Assembly: GCF_001194135.2 (NCBI RefSeq)
Contig: NC_068987.1
Location: 16,008,338-16,072,337, forward strand
Reading direction: 5' to 3'
DNA length: 64,000 nt
Origin: Octopus bimaculoides
Lineage: Eukaryota
The notes beneath the pieces were generated by a model, which did no database searches, had not been told where the DNA came from, and was given only the letters and a program-made list of their open reading frames with translations. How positions within the stretch are numbered: position 1 is the stretch's first letter; the number at the start of each line of letters is the position of its first letter. The translations under genes and the position numbers were made by a program. This document shows positions 52,084 through 63,900 of the stretch, one piece after another.

Positions 52084-53747
52084 CTGATCCCACAACAAAC
52101 ATTATGTTTGTAGAGTACTCCCTATGTTCATCATTTTCATCACTAATTCCAGTCTACAGAAGCTGAAGCTGATTCACAACTTAGCTGTTGTTACCTTCCC
52201 GTCTTGTGGTATCTGCATAAACTCTAGTTTTAAGGCAACTAAAACAATGTTATCATATAATAGATCTTGAGAAAATATCTGATTTCACTAGGGTGTTTCA
52301 TCATTAAGCCATTTGGTCAGTGCTATCTCCAGCCTTGTATAAATGTATTTGAGCTTCATTTCCTCAAGCTTCCAAAAGCTTCTGAATAACAGAATCAACA
52401 CAAATACGAATTTGTTGTTTCATGTGAAAATGTACTGCAAATCTGACATATACAAAGCAAAAAAAAAATATTACATTGCACAAATTATTTATGTTGGAAC
52501 TTAGAAAGTCTAGCCTTGCAGATAGAATTTAGATACACTTAGGACCTCAGCTGTTGAATGAAACCTGCCCAATTTATGTCAGTATGAATAACAACAATAA
52601 CAATACTAAATTGTAGAGTAACTCAAACTTATTTTAGTACAGAACATTTATATGAGAAAATATAAGAGAAAGTGAAGTGTCCACACAGCCCTGGGTGGTG
52701 TCAATTTTGGTTGTTCTTGAATGTATTGCTCTTTTGGGACTACTCATTTTAATTATCCCCCCCCCCCCCCNNNNNNNNNNNNNNNNNNNNNNNNNNNNNN
52801 NNNNNNNNNNNNNNNNNNCCTCAGTACTGTCCATCCGCTACTTCTACCCATAAGATGTTGTTTCTCTTGCTTGCACATATTTTATTTGTATGCACGAGAA
52901 ATTTAAAGATGGATTTCATTTTCAAATTCTATCAATTGTTTTCGCTGGTTATATTTTTTCCTCTTCTGTTGCTTGCTAATAACAGAAGTTTAAGATTTCC
53001 AGTAAACAGGCAAGGCTTGTATGCTGCATTCTGGTGCTTAGCACATATTGAAAGCAATATGTAGATAGTATTAATGGCATTTAGCCACCACTGACCTCAA
53101 ACTTCTCAAGTATTATTGCTCTACTGAGTCTGTGTTAGATTCTATAAGTTGTTTTGTAGCTGATAATAAAAAAAAAAGAAGAGATTATTTGAAATGATTT
53201 CTTAGATGAATTTATCCATTGTAAAACAGGGTTACAAATTAAGTTTAAACTATATCCTTTATGTAACTCACTTACCAGTTAACTCCTAAGTATTTGCTTA
53301 GCAATGAAGTTAAAAATTCTTCGTTTATTATTATTATTATTATTATTATTTACTTTTTTACTCTGCTGACAGAATATTTTGACCATTATAATTTAGAGAA
53401 AGGTGGAGACAGAATTTTCCATCAAAATATAATTTAGTTAGGAAAAAGAAGGATAAAGACGGGGAAAATCTGCTCAGCTGTCAAACTTTTTTCAAGTCCA
53501 AAGACAGACAAATTTCATTTAATTCTTTCTGGTAATAATGAAGCAGTTTTAACTTTTGCTTTTGTAGCTCCCTTTTAATATCTTTAGAGTAAAAGCAAAA
53601 GTGATTGTGAATCTAAACCATTGACTGCAAGCTCTGCTGTTGTTGTTTAGTAATTCTGGGCCAAACGTGGTCCATTTACGTGTTAGTTTACTACCCTTGC
53701 TATAAGAGTAGATAAGACTTCTACTTTTGGATAGTGAACAGTAGAAA

Positions 53748-54200
53748 GGTGAGGTTATGTGGTTAGGAAGCTTGCTTCCCAACCCTGTAGTCTTGGGTTC
53801 AGTCCCACTGCACTGCACCGCACCTTCAGCATGTGTCTTCTACTATAACCCTGGGCCAACCATAACCTTGCATGGATTTGGTAGATGGAAACTGAAAGCC
53901 TATTGTGTGTGTGTGCTTGCGTGCTTAGCCAAGTATCTTCCACTATAGCCCTGGGCCAACCAAATCCTCATAAGTGGATTTGATAAATGGAAACTGAAGG
54001 AAGCCCATTGTGCACTCATGCATGTTTGTGTGTGTCTTGACACTGTGTGATGATTGTGAATGAGCATCATTATCATACAAGCAATGTTATTCATTTCCTG
54101 TCTTCCCAAGGTGAAATATTACCTTGCTTGGAAACAAGAGTTGGCAACAGACAACATCTTGCTATGGAAAAATGGACATTATATTATGATAATGATGATA
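53748..54200 (+). mobile_element. SINE family A with internally duplicated core and tail type 2
   Basis: The segment TCTTC.ACTATA.CCCTGGGCCAACC...TGGAAACTGAA occurs twice (about 53836-53900 and 53935-54000). Confidence 0.7.
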
Positions 54201-54649
54201 TTCCAATGTTCTAAAACTCTACATTGCTCCTGAACAGCATGAAAGATTGAATGCTAAAGAAAAATTAGTAAACCTAGTCGTTATTTTGTTATATATTCTG
54301 AAACACTAAATACATTGATCAGCAATAATCATAACATTGCTTATTAAATCAGATATCAAATATGATATCTCTGTATTCTTTCCCATCAGATGTTGATGTT
54401 TTTACTATTTAGTCATTTGATGCTTAGCATGTGAAATATTTGTATGTGACTGAAATGAATGCTCTTTTGTGAACTCAGTATTAAAATTAGATATTAGTTC
54501 TTGTTTTTAGAATATTCCATAAGGAAAATTTGGCAGCCAGAATTATTGAATTTGTCTTGTCAATCAGTTTGTCACACTTTTTATGGCACTGTGAATTGAT
54601 GAGAAGTACATGCAGCTATGAATTCAGTTAATTTACTAGTGTGTCATAA

Positions 54650-55734
54650 TCTTTATCTATATTATACTAAAACTCAAAAGTTTGTCTGTTTTCCTGCCAT
54701 TTGATTAAGATGATAAAGATTGCAAATACAATAGTCATTTCCCCCTTTAAGAAAAAAATCAAGTTGAAAATGTTGACACTTCAAAGAGTCCGCCCAGCGA
54801 CCACTGTCTGTCCTTTTTTCTTAGTTTCTTTTTTCTTCTTCTCTTAATTATTTATACAACTTTCAAGTGTTATAAACTGAAAGAGAAAATTTCCCTGTAT
54901 TTTTACAAAATATTTTTGAATCACGGGTACTTGAGTTTTTTTTTTTTAAATTTTTCTTAAACGGGAAAATTACTATTTTATTTAAAATACAATATTAATC
55001 TTTATCATCTTAATCAAAAGGCAGAAAAACAGACAATGAGACTGTCTCTTTATAGACGATCAGTTGCAATGGGAGGAGTTGAATCTTATAAGAATGGAAA
55101 AACAAACAACAAATGGATTGTATCTTATGAAATTCTTTTGAAAGAATTCAAATGCCTCTGCAACATTGAAATCGTTACCTCAATGAGGTCAATTAAGTAC
55201 ATCATCAAGTACATACTGAAAGGAAATGACCAAACTGCTATCCAAATAAACAATGATAACAAAATTAGTCAATATCTTATGGGTAGGTATATTGGACCAT
55301 CTGAAGCAGTTGCATCCATTTTAAGATATTCAATTCATGAATGAGTACCTGTAATAGTGAAACTGCAAGCTCATATATCAGATGAACAAAGAATATTGCT
55401 CAGAAAGAATGAAGATATATATGGCTGTCAATGAATGACATGAGAACAACATTGATGGAATTTTTTCCATTGTGCATCAGTGATGACTTTGTAAAGCATT
55501 ATTTTATGTTGAAGTACCCATAAGCGAAGAAAAAAAAGTTGAAGCCCATTTGAACATTTTCAAAGAAGAAACACTTGGTTGTGATTATGTTGTTACACCA
55601 AAGGCAGGAGAACTGTAGTATTTAAGAATTTTATCATATGAAGTTCGAAATAGTATTTTTTCCTTTGCCGCCGTGCATCGACATCTTCAACTTGGAGTGG
55701 TTGTGACCCAAAAGATTACGGTGGGTACATCTAG
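54650..55734 (+). mobile_element. Internally deleted Helitron with RepHel remnant
   Basis: 5' A|TC(TTTATCTATATTATACTAAAA); the start could alternatively be 54656. 3' ACCCA...TGGGT hairpin then CTAG|T. ORF 55036-55344 reads NKWIVSY..CNIE..SMRSIKYIIKYILKGND...GRYIGPSEA...IHE, typical of Helitron RepHel. Confidence 0.85.
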
Positions 55735-55762
55735 TATTTGTATAAAAGAAGACACCTCCTCC

Positions 55763-55900
55763 TCATCATCATCACTGTTTAACTTCTGTCTTCCATGCTA
55801 GCATGGGTTGGATGGGTTGGATAGTTTGATAGGAACTGGCAAGCCAAAGGACTGTGCCAAACACTTCGACATGGTTTCTTCAACTGGATGCTTTTTTTAA
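55763..55900 (-). mobile_element. RTE-LINE-type 3' tail fragment
   Basis: (CAT)n + TTTAACTTCTGTCTTCCATGCTAGCATGGG. Confidence 0.65.
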
Positions 55901-56013
55901 TATGGTACCAGAATCAGTGAGGACACCATTGGTATTATATAATTCAGTTGTTCAAATTAAGCTTTAAAAAAAAAACAACTTTTAAATACCACTATTACTA
56001 AATAGTAATAATG

Positions 56014-56044
<31 letters not shown>

Positions 56045-57349
56045 TAAATTGCTAGGAGATGGTGTATTCTTGTACATTTTTATTTATTTGTTTAATAAAT
56101 TTGGGTCTGTCTGTGTTTCACCAGAATTCAGAATATAAGTAAATGTATAAATGTTTCGGTTTCTTTTTGCTTTTTGTGGACATACAAAAAAGAAAACAAG
56201 GTATGTATGTGGAATCAGTGTGGGAAATTACCCTCTTCATCATCTATCTGCTTTTCATGCTGTCATGGGTTGGATGGCTGTCACTGTCTAAGTTCTTCAC
56301 AGTGGCTATCCTCTTCCTAGACTGATTGTAGGACCATATCCTACTTGCACACTTCAGTTATGACTTGGTTTCTACAGCCAGGTGTTCTTCCTTTCACCAT
56401 CCAACTCCCAGAGCGTACTTGGTGTACTTTCATTTAGGCACAAGCACTTGAGATCATTGTTATCACCCCCATCTAACATTCATGTTCCATGCTGGCTTAA
56501 GTTGGACATTTTGCTAGAATTTTAACAAGTGCAAGGACTGCATCATGCATCAGAGATGTATTGTAAGATATTGTAAATTAATCCAATTCATTTCTAATTA
56601 ATTTGGGGTAGAAAATAAAGATAGCAAGATTTGAAATTGTTACCAGTTGATGTGTTGGGTTCTGTTGATAGCACCAAGCTTAGTTGTTAATAACCATTAG
56701 TCACATATTAACCTAATATATTAGCAATATTGAGATTTCGTCAACACTTAACTAGTATATTAAGAAAATCTGTTTGTTTTTGACAGTTCACAATAAATAA
56801 GCTTTGAGGTGTTTTTCTTTATATATGCAAAAATCTGTGAGCGATACAAAATAATTGCAGGAATAAACTTCTTTAAAAGAATTTGCCCTTGTAGAACTAG
56901 AAAATCAACTTCACAGAAAAGCCTGATTTAAATACTTGTTTCAGTATTGCAGTTACATGTGTATTTTGTTGAAGGTAACCTTCTCAGGACTGTAGCTGAT
57001 CTCTCTGTAATGACAAACTGAGGTCACTTCAGATAGATTAAGTCTTTGTGTGTGTGCGCACGCGCGTGCACTCACGTTGGTGGAGTAGTACAACACATCT
57101 ACAAGTGTACCTGTATATGCTTTCTTATGAACTGTCAGATACAATAATATTGCTTCTTTTGTACAAATAATAATAAATTTCTAGGTTTTATTTTGCCTTG
57201 TTTATAAAATTGACTGGATCTTTTTATATTCTTATGACTGGGAGACTAGTACTGAGAGAGAGGTGGAGGGTATACAACATGTCCATAAAGTCCCTATCTA
57301 TTTTAATGAAGCAATGTTAAAACTACATCAAAGATATATAATTATAGAA

Positions 57350-58360
57350 TGAAAGATAAGTAACACTGTTGGAAAAGTTTCAAGGTTGGAGTTCAACATG
57401 GCAGTCATCAGTGTCCCTTACACTGGTCTGTTTGTGCAGCAGGATTTTCCAAACATGTCCTTAACATTGTCATCTGCAGCATTTCATATATGTTCATGTG
57501 AATTCTCCAGAGTCGTAATTTTTGTTTGGTCAGCTTGCAATTTTGAGAAAGTCACTGGTAAAGAAAACCAAAGAAGTTACATTTGGGCATTTAGATGGCT
57601 GTCATCTGTTATTCTCATATCCTTTTCATCAATTTTGAAGCAGCTCATGTAGGTATTCTTGAATAATTGGGGAATAATTTTGTTGAAATGAATCAATGTT
57701 AATTATCTCATCTGCAGTCAACTATAGCTCAAAGGATTTTGCTGTAAAATGTCAAGCTAGACAGATCCTCTAATTGGGTAAAGAAGGAAAAAAAGTCCAG
57801 TTATCTTACATTTTGTCATACCAATCTGGGCATTATCCTTGGACAAGTCCCTTTCATATTGTTGGACAAAGTCCTTTGGATGTTCACCTGTCCAAATGTG
57901 ATGATTTGCTTTCTCACATGTACAGAACATTGTTTCATCACTGCAAATAGTGTTATCCGTTAGATTTTCAGTGTGGATGTGATCTACAAAATCAGAACTA
58001 GCTTACACTCTTTGCAGTGAAATTTCTACTCTTCTTTGTTTATGTGTAAATATCTTTTTCTGCTGGAGACAAGGCAGAGCAACTGCTGAGATGTCATACC
58101 TACTGAGGTAGAAACAAATGTCCGCAACTGTTCTCTTGTTTCCAGACAATCAGACTGTCTTTTCTTTCTTGGCATTTCGGTTTTTGGGGAAATCCTTGAC
58201 TCTTGAGATTATCTCCCCCTTCTCGTTTGGAGTGGCCATGAATTACCACCAAACAATTATTCTGCCTTCTCTGGAGACTAGAGATGATTTCAATATATTC
58301 AAGATTATATCTTGTATGGTATTTAACATATCCTTTATATGTCTTTGTCCAAATTAATGC
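57350..58360 (-). mobile_element. Possible decayed RTE-like RT fragment
   Basis: PKNRNAK.. and KIDEKDMRIT weakly echo RTE RT motifs; many stops. Confidence 0.3.
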
Positions 58361-59250
58361 CCCTAGCCACTGTGAATCATTTCTCTTAGCTCATTTTCAT
58401 TTTCATTTATAATTGTGTGTGTGCACACATGCATAATCATGTGCATGTATGCGTGTGCATACATATATGTATGTATATACTTATATATGAATAATGTTTT
58501 ATCCTGAAATTGTTGTTATCAGTAGATGTACTATAACATTGCATTAAGATATAGTTGGTTGGTGTTTAATTTTCTGCTAGAATGGGTGTTAACTAATTTT
58601 TATTTGCCAATATCAAGTTCTGTCCTTAAAGTTTATTTGTTTTTTGTTGTTGTTGTTTCGTAAACTAAAGCAATAATATTTCAGACTAAACTCTTCAGTT
58701 TTTGTATTTTTAAAATTTTATTTTCATTTTGCATTTTATTTGTTTGGATAAGAAGAGCATGCCATGTTGCTTCAGTTTCCATACCACAGAAGCGTTATTC
58801 ATTTCCAGTTATTAATAATTATATAACCATTCATTGCTTCTGTACAGCACCTTGGGCAAGTGTCTTCTACTTTACCTTAATTTGACAAATACTTTGGGAA
58901 TGAAATTTGATAAGCAGGAGTTACTTGTCTTCCTACAAGCAAAGCTTGTACATTCATCTAGCTGGGCATTATAAGCCATCAAACCTATACTGGTATGGAA
59001 AAGTGCAGATGTAAAATAAAGTTGATGATATATATATATATTTTTCTCAGTGTATGTTGGTGAAGGATATAAACATTGATTGGGAAAACTGAAAAAGAGC
59101 CATGTTTTCTGAACAAAGTCCTTAGCAATATTTGCTTTACACTGGGTTACACTCCCTCCCTTGTCACTCTCATCATTGGATATACAATGAATGCGGGATT
59201 AGGTTGTTCAAAACCTGTAACCACTGACATGGTTGTTCGCAATTTGACAA

Positions 59251-59702
59251 CTTGTAGGTGCAGTGTTGTAAAAAGTTTGCTTCCCAGCCTCATGGATCTG
59301 GGTTCTATCCCACTGCATGGCACCTCGGGCAAGTATCTTCTACTATAGCTTTGAACTGAGCAAAGCCTTGTGAATGGATTTGGTAGACAGAAACTGTAAG
59401 AAGTCCATTGTGTGTGCATGTGCGTGCACCCCCACCCCACCCCCACNNNNNNNNNNNNNNNNNNNNNNNNNNNNNNNNNNNNNNNNNNNNNNNNNNNNNN
59501 NNNNNNNNNNNNNNNNNNNNNNNNNNNNNNNNNNNNNNNNNNNNNNNNNNNNNNNNGTCAGTTGGTGTTCGTGTTTTTACATCCCTATCAAAAGAATAAG
59601 TACCAGATTAAAAAAAAAAAAAAACAGGTTTGATTTGTTTGACTAAAATTCTTCTAGGCAGTGCCCCAGGATGGCTGCAGTCTAAAGGCTGAAACATGTG
59701 AA
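59251..59702 (+). mobile_element. Diverged SINE family A, tail type 1, spanning an N gap
   Basis: Head at 59251-59410 and tail at 59557-59702. Confidence 0.7.
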
Positions 59703-59967
59703 TATATATATTATCATGTAAAAACAAAATTATCATGCTGTCATATATTTTCCTCCTCTGGATGGTCCCGTTCCTGTGATTTTGCTAGAATTCAATATTC
59801 AACATACAGGAGACGGACACACTTTCTACAGCACTTGCCTTCACTGCAACCAGCATCAAAGTGTATGATTGTGTGTGTATGTTGAGATAGAAACAAAGAA
59901 TTAGCATGTTCTTACAGCTTTATCTCTTACAGTTGTTTATCATTAAAAGTTGTACTGAGGCTATTTT

Positions 59968-60302
59968 CTTTTACTTGATCCTGTCATTTGACAGTGGCCA
60001 TCCTGGGGCACCCCCTTGAAGGGTTTAGTCAAACAAATCGACTCTAGTACTTTTTATGTTTTTTTAAGGTTGCTACTTATACTATTGCTCTCTTTTGCTG
60101 AACTGCTAAGTTACAAGGATGTAAACAAACCAACACAAGTTGTCAAGTGCTGGAGAAGACACACACACAATATGCTTCCTTCCATGCAGTTTCCATCTAT
60201 CAAGTTCACTCACAACGCATTGATCAACACGGGGCTAGTAGGAACACACTTGCTGCACAGTGGGATTGAACCCAAAACCATGTGTTACAAAGCTTCTTAG
60301 GA
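59968..60302 (-). mobile_element. Diverged SINE family A, tail type 1
   Basis: Reverse complement of tail and head. It lies inverted relative to the 59251 copy. Confidence 0.7.
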
Positions 60303-60831
60303 AAGCACCAAACATTCATTTGGCCACTCCACGTCATATGTCTATTTCAGCAAAGCTGAGTTCAGTCCGTAGCATCTAGACTCTAACTCAAGAATTACCT
60401 AGGTTTCATTCATTTATTTATAAGTTAAGCAATTAGCTTTGAAAAAATAAATAAATAAAAATAGGTTGTGGATTTCCTGTAGACTCAAATAATAGATGCA
60501 TGTAGTATGATATTGCTGGGTTTTGTGACCTGAAATGATCGTTATCTTCTTTCATTATAATGCAGCCTGGTTAGTCAATTATTGTATAATGTCTTGGAAT
60601 CTGTTTGGATCATGTATTCTATTTCGACCGAGGAACACCAATCTTGAAGCTTTATATATCTATAATGGTGAGATTATTACTAAGCTGTTGACTTTAGTGT
60701 CCGTTTCTTCTGACAACAGCATTGCTTTTGTTATGTCTTCTACTGTTATATCAAATACTGTCAAATAGGCATCACTTTATGTTGGAAGTGGTGCTGTAAT
60801 ACAGACTGTGGTTTCTTGATAAAATTGTCCG

Positions 60832-61326
60832 GCTGAGGTGGTGAGGCAAGACCTTCGTACATTGGGCCTCACCGAGGCGATGACTACGGACCGAGACCTT
60901 TGGAAATGGGCTGTGCGTGAGAAGACCCGGCAAGCCAAGTAAGATCGTTGCCAGTGCCCCTGGACTGGTTCTTGTGCGGGTGGCACATGAGATGCACCAT
61001 TTTGAGCGTGGCCGTTGCCAGTACCGCCTGACTGGCTCCTGTAGGATTTTCGAGCGAGATCGTTGCCAGTGCCCCTGGACTGGCTAGTGCGGGTGGCACA
61101 TAAAAGACACCATTTCGAGCGTGGCCGTTTTCGTGCGGGTGACACGTAAAAGCACCCACTACACTCTCTGAGTGGTTGGCGTTAGGAAGGGCATCCAGCT
61201 GTAGAAACTCTGCCAAATCAGACTGGAGCCTGGTGTTGCCATCCGGTTTCACCAGTCCTCAGTCAAATCGTCCAACCCATGCTAGCATGGAAAGCGGACG
61301 TTAAACGATGATGATGATGATGATGA
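60832..61326 (+). mobile_element. Young 5'-truncated RTE-type LINE: ORF C-terminus, 3' UTR and (GAT)n tail
   Basis: Open frame AEVVRQDLRTLGLTEAMTTDRDLWKWAVREKTRQAK* (60832-60942). CpG-rich, followed by the common GGTTGGCGTTAGGAAGGGCATCCAGC...GTTAAACGATGATG tail. Clade assignment is from recalled similarity. Confidence 0.88.
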
Positions 61327-61555
61327 ATTAATTTTTTTCAACCCCAGTTGACTCCTATGAATGTTTGTATTATACATCTGCTTTTCAGCTGTTCTCTAGA
61401 AATAGAGCTAAATTTACTAAATGTGTGTCTTTTGTATTAATAATGTGTGTGTGTGCATGAATGTTTATTAATGTTCAGCAAGAGGAAAATGATGGAAGGT
61501 ATTCTGCTCTTACTGAGTGTTGTAAGTGAATGCAGTTCTGATTTTGTTGTTATCA

Positions 61556-61683
61556 AGCTGATGTTTGGAGTATAGATTAACATGAAACTTCAATGGAAAT
61601 TTTAATTTCTATCACTTTGAAAACAGAAAGTTTGTATTATAGAACCAAAGGTGGTCTCAGACAGGTTTGTATCAAAAGGGTTT
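61556..61683. mobile_element. Right half of TTAA MITE family 2
   Basis: Similar to 29560-29673; ends ATCAAAAGGGTT. Confidence 0.5.
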
Positions 61684-61999
61684 ATATGAAGTGGATTAGA
61701 TGACTGTATATGATATTTGAATTAGGAAATGAGGTTTACATCTTGTTGGAAATATTTTACTGTATGTTCTAGTAGAAAATACTTCTGCGGAGAAGACTTG
61801 TTTTATCTACAGAAATGATTTCTTTCCCACAAGTCTAATGTTACAAGAACCCAAGGTAAATGCTGACCATTTGTGGTACTGTAATTTGTAATAAGACTAA
61901 TAACCACTGTCACAACTTTTTGAATAATTATTATATTTACTAATTATATTTGCAGCTACCATGTGATTAATGTTTTCTCTTCTTTTGTTCTCATTGCAG

Positions 62000-62373
62000 A
62001 TGAAAAACTTAATAAATTTCCTGAAAAAGTCAACTGTAGTAGTGGTACTGGTCATCGTAGCATGTCGTTATCATCTTCATTATCATCCTCTTCCTCATCT
62101 TCATTATCATCGTCCTTGTCCGTCACTTCTAATCATGTGAACTCCCTGGCAGACAGCAAGACCACTGTTGCTGGCACAACGATTATCAACAGCTGCACAA
62201 CATCCCCTGCTGCTGCTGCTGCTGCTGCTATGGCAGCCACCGGTGCAGGGAGTAGCCACCGGCATGCCACTCGGGCTTCCCTTGTTGGAGGTGGCCACTC
62301 TTTGCAGGGTGTGCTAAGGCCACAGCAGACAATGAAAGAGATCTTGGCCAGTGTTCCTGGTGTCAGTAAAAAG
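62000..62373 (+). CDS. ASXL: Internal coding exon of Asx/ASXL-like gene ending QQTMKEILASVPGVSKK
   Basis: TTCTCATTGCAG acceptor and AAG|GTAAGA donor. 374 nt, phase 1 to 0, in frame with exon 50161. TMKEILASVPG matches the TM(R/K)E(V/I)LAS(I/V)PG motif recalled just before the DEUBAD domain of invertebrate Asx. Recognition is from memory; the domain itself is outside the window. Confidence 0.85.
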
Positions 62374-62469
62374 GTAAGATACTGCATAAATAAATATACT
62401 CTTTTTCCTAAGCTCAAGTATTAGTTTAACTGGGAGGTTTCTGGATCATCATTGCCATCCTCTTCCTCC

Positions 62470-62690
62470 TCATCATCATCATCATTTAACATCTGTCCTC
62501 CATACTGGTTTGACTGGATCTGATGCATTGGAGGACTGTGTTGTTCTCCAGTCCAATGTCTACTTTAGCATGGTTTCTACAGCTGTATGCCCATCCTAAC
62601 ACCACCCTCCTTACAGCATGTACTGAGTGTTCTTTTCATAGCACCAGCACTAGTTAGGTCACCATGTAACTAGCATGAGCAGAAGTGTGG
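62470..62690 (-). mobile_element. RTE-LINE-type 3' tail fragment
   Basis: Reverse-complement tail about 100 bp downstream of exon 62000-62373. Confidence 0.65.
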
Positions 62691-63489
62691 TTGAAAGGAA
62701 TGCCTTTATGCTAGGTTCTCAGAGGTTAAAGTACAAAAGAAGGGACAGAAGTAGTCTTCTTGTTGTAGAGGAAGTAGATCACTGCCTCACATTATGTAAG
62801 TGCAGGCAGAGGCAATCGAGGTGGAAATTGCTAAAAACAACAGCTAAATATACATTTTTTCTTTCTTTTGCAAACAATTCTCTCGTATTTAATTAAATGT
62901 TGCCTATTTTATCTTTAGGACGAAACTAGCTTAGTCAGATTTGATTTAGAAAGCAAACCAAACAATTAGGTTAAACAATGTCAAACATTTGAAATTCCTC
63001 TTTAAAAAAACATAAAAACTGAGTGCTTGAGCACCGATGGAAACTTCAGTCCTGGATGGCTTAATTTGATTACTGTTGTGGTCAAGTTGGCATTGAAATC
63101 AGTAATCGATAATGTACTGTTCTATGTGGTCAGTAAATAGACCAGTTCTGATTTATTGGATCACTGCCAATATTTGAATTGTCTACAGCGATGATCAGAG
63201 GAGGTCTCCTTGATCAGAGCTGACGTAGCCATTGTAACTGTGGCAGCAACGTCATTACACAGTACAGCCAAATTGTATTTTTGGCAATACTTTTATTTTG
63301 TATTGCAGAAAACATATTTTAGGAAATTTTAAATTCTATCAGAGGTCTTTATCAAGTTATAAACATAAAGGCAAGATAGCATTAAACAGGATATAACCGC
63401 TGTATAATCGACTGACTGTTGTTTGCTACACATGAAGGCTTGACATCACTGAGATTATGTTGGTGATGTCATGTTTTCGGATCTTTTTT

Positions 63490-63750
63490 AAAACGGGGGC
63501 CACATTTTTCATTAACGAAACACTTTGAAACTTGGAACACTGGTAGAATGTGTCATATAAAACATCTTTTTCTCTTAGTCTTCTTTAAAAAAAAAGAAAT
63601 CCCTAAGTTATTCCATGTTAAAGTTGTCGTATTTCTGTAATTTCAACCAATCACTGACGTCCATTCAGCCGATATACATTAAGTGCCGACTACATAAACA
63701 AACGATTCTGAAACAATTCTATCGGTGATAGGGTTAGGGTTAGGGTAAAA
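63490..63750. repeat. Dispersed non-coding repeat carrying TTAGGG units (copy 2)
   Basis: Same core as copy 1; GATAGGGTTAGGGTTAGGGT at about 63727-63747. Confidence 0.8.
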
Positions 63751-63900
63751 CAGCAAATTTAAAAAGAAAAAAGCAAATAAAGCGAAGAAATGAAAAAAGC
63801 AAATTTAAAATGAAAAAAGCAAATAAAACAAAGCTATGGCTTAATCAGCCAAAGGAGTAAATGTAAACAACTGAATACTTGTCAGTGATTGGTTGAAAAA

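Noticed and set aside
60942-61150. CRISPR-like or ribozyme array
   Set aside because: No repeat-spacer periodicity, eukaryotic context, and no hammerhead core. Explained as LINE 3' UTR modules.
60777-61252. Two 122-aa minus-strand ORFs
   Set aside because: Antisense to the GC-rich LINE 3' end.
63750-63830. AAAAAAGCAAAT-type short tandem units
   Set aside because: Low-complexity A-rich minisatellite inside a repeat; no evidence of function.
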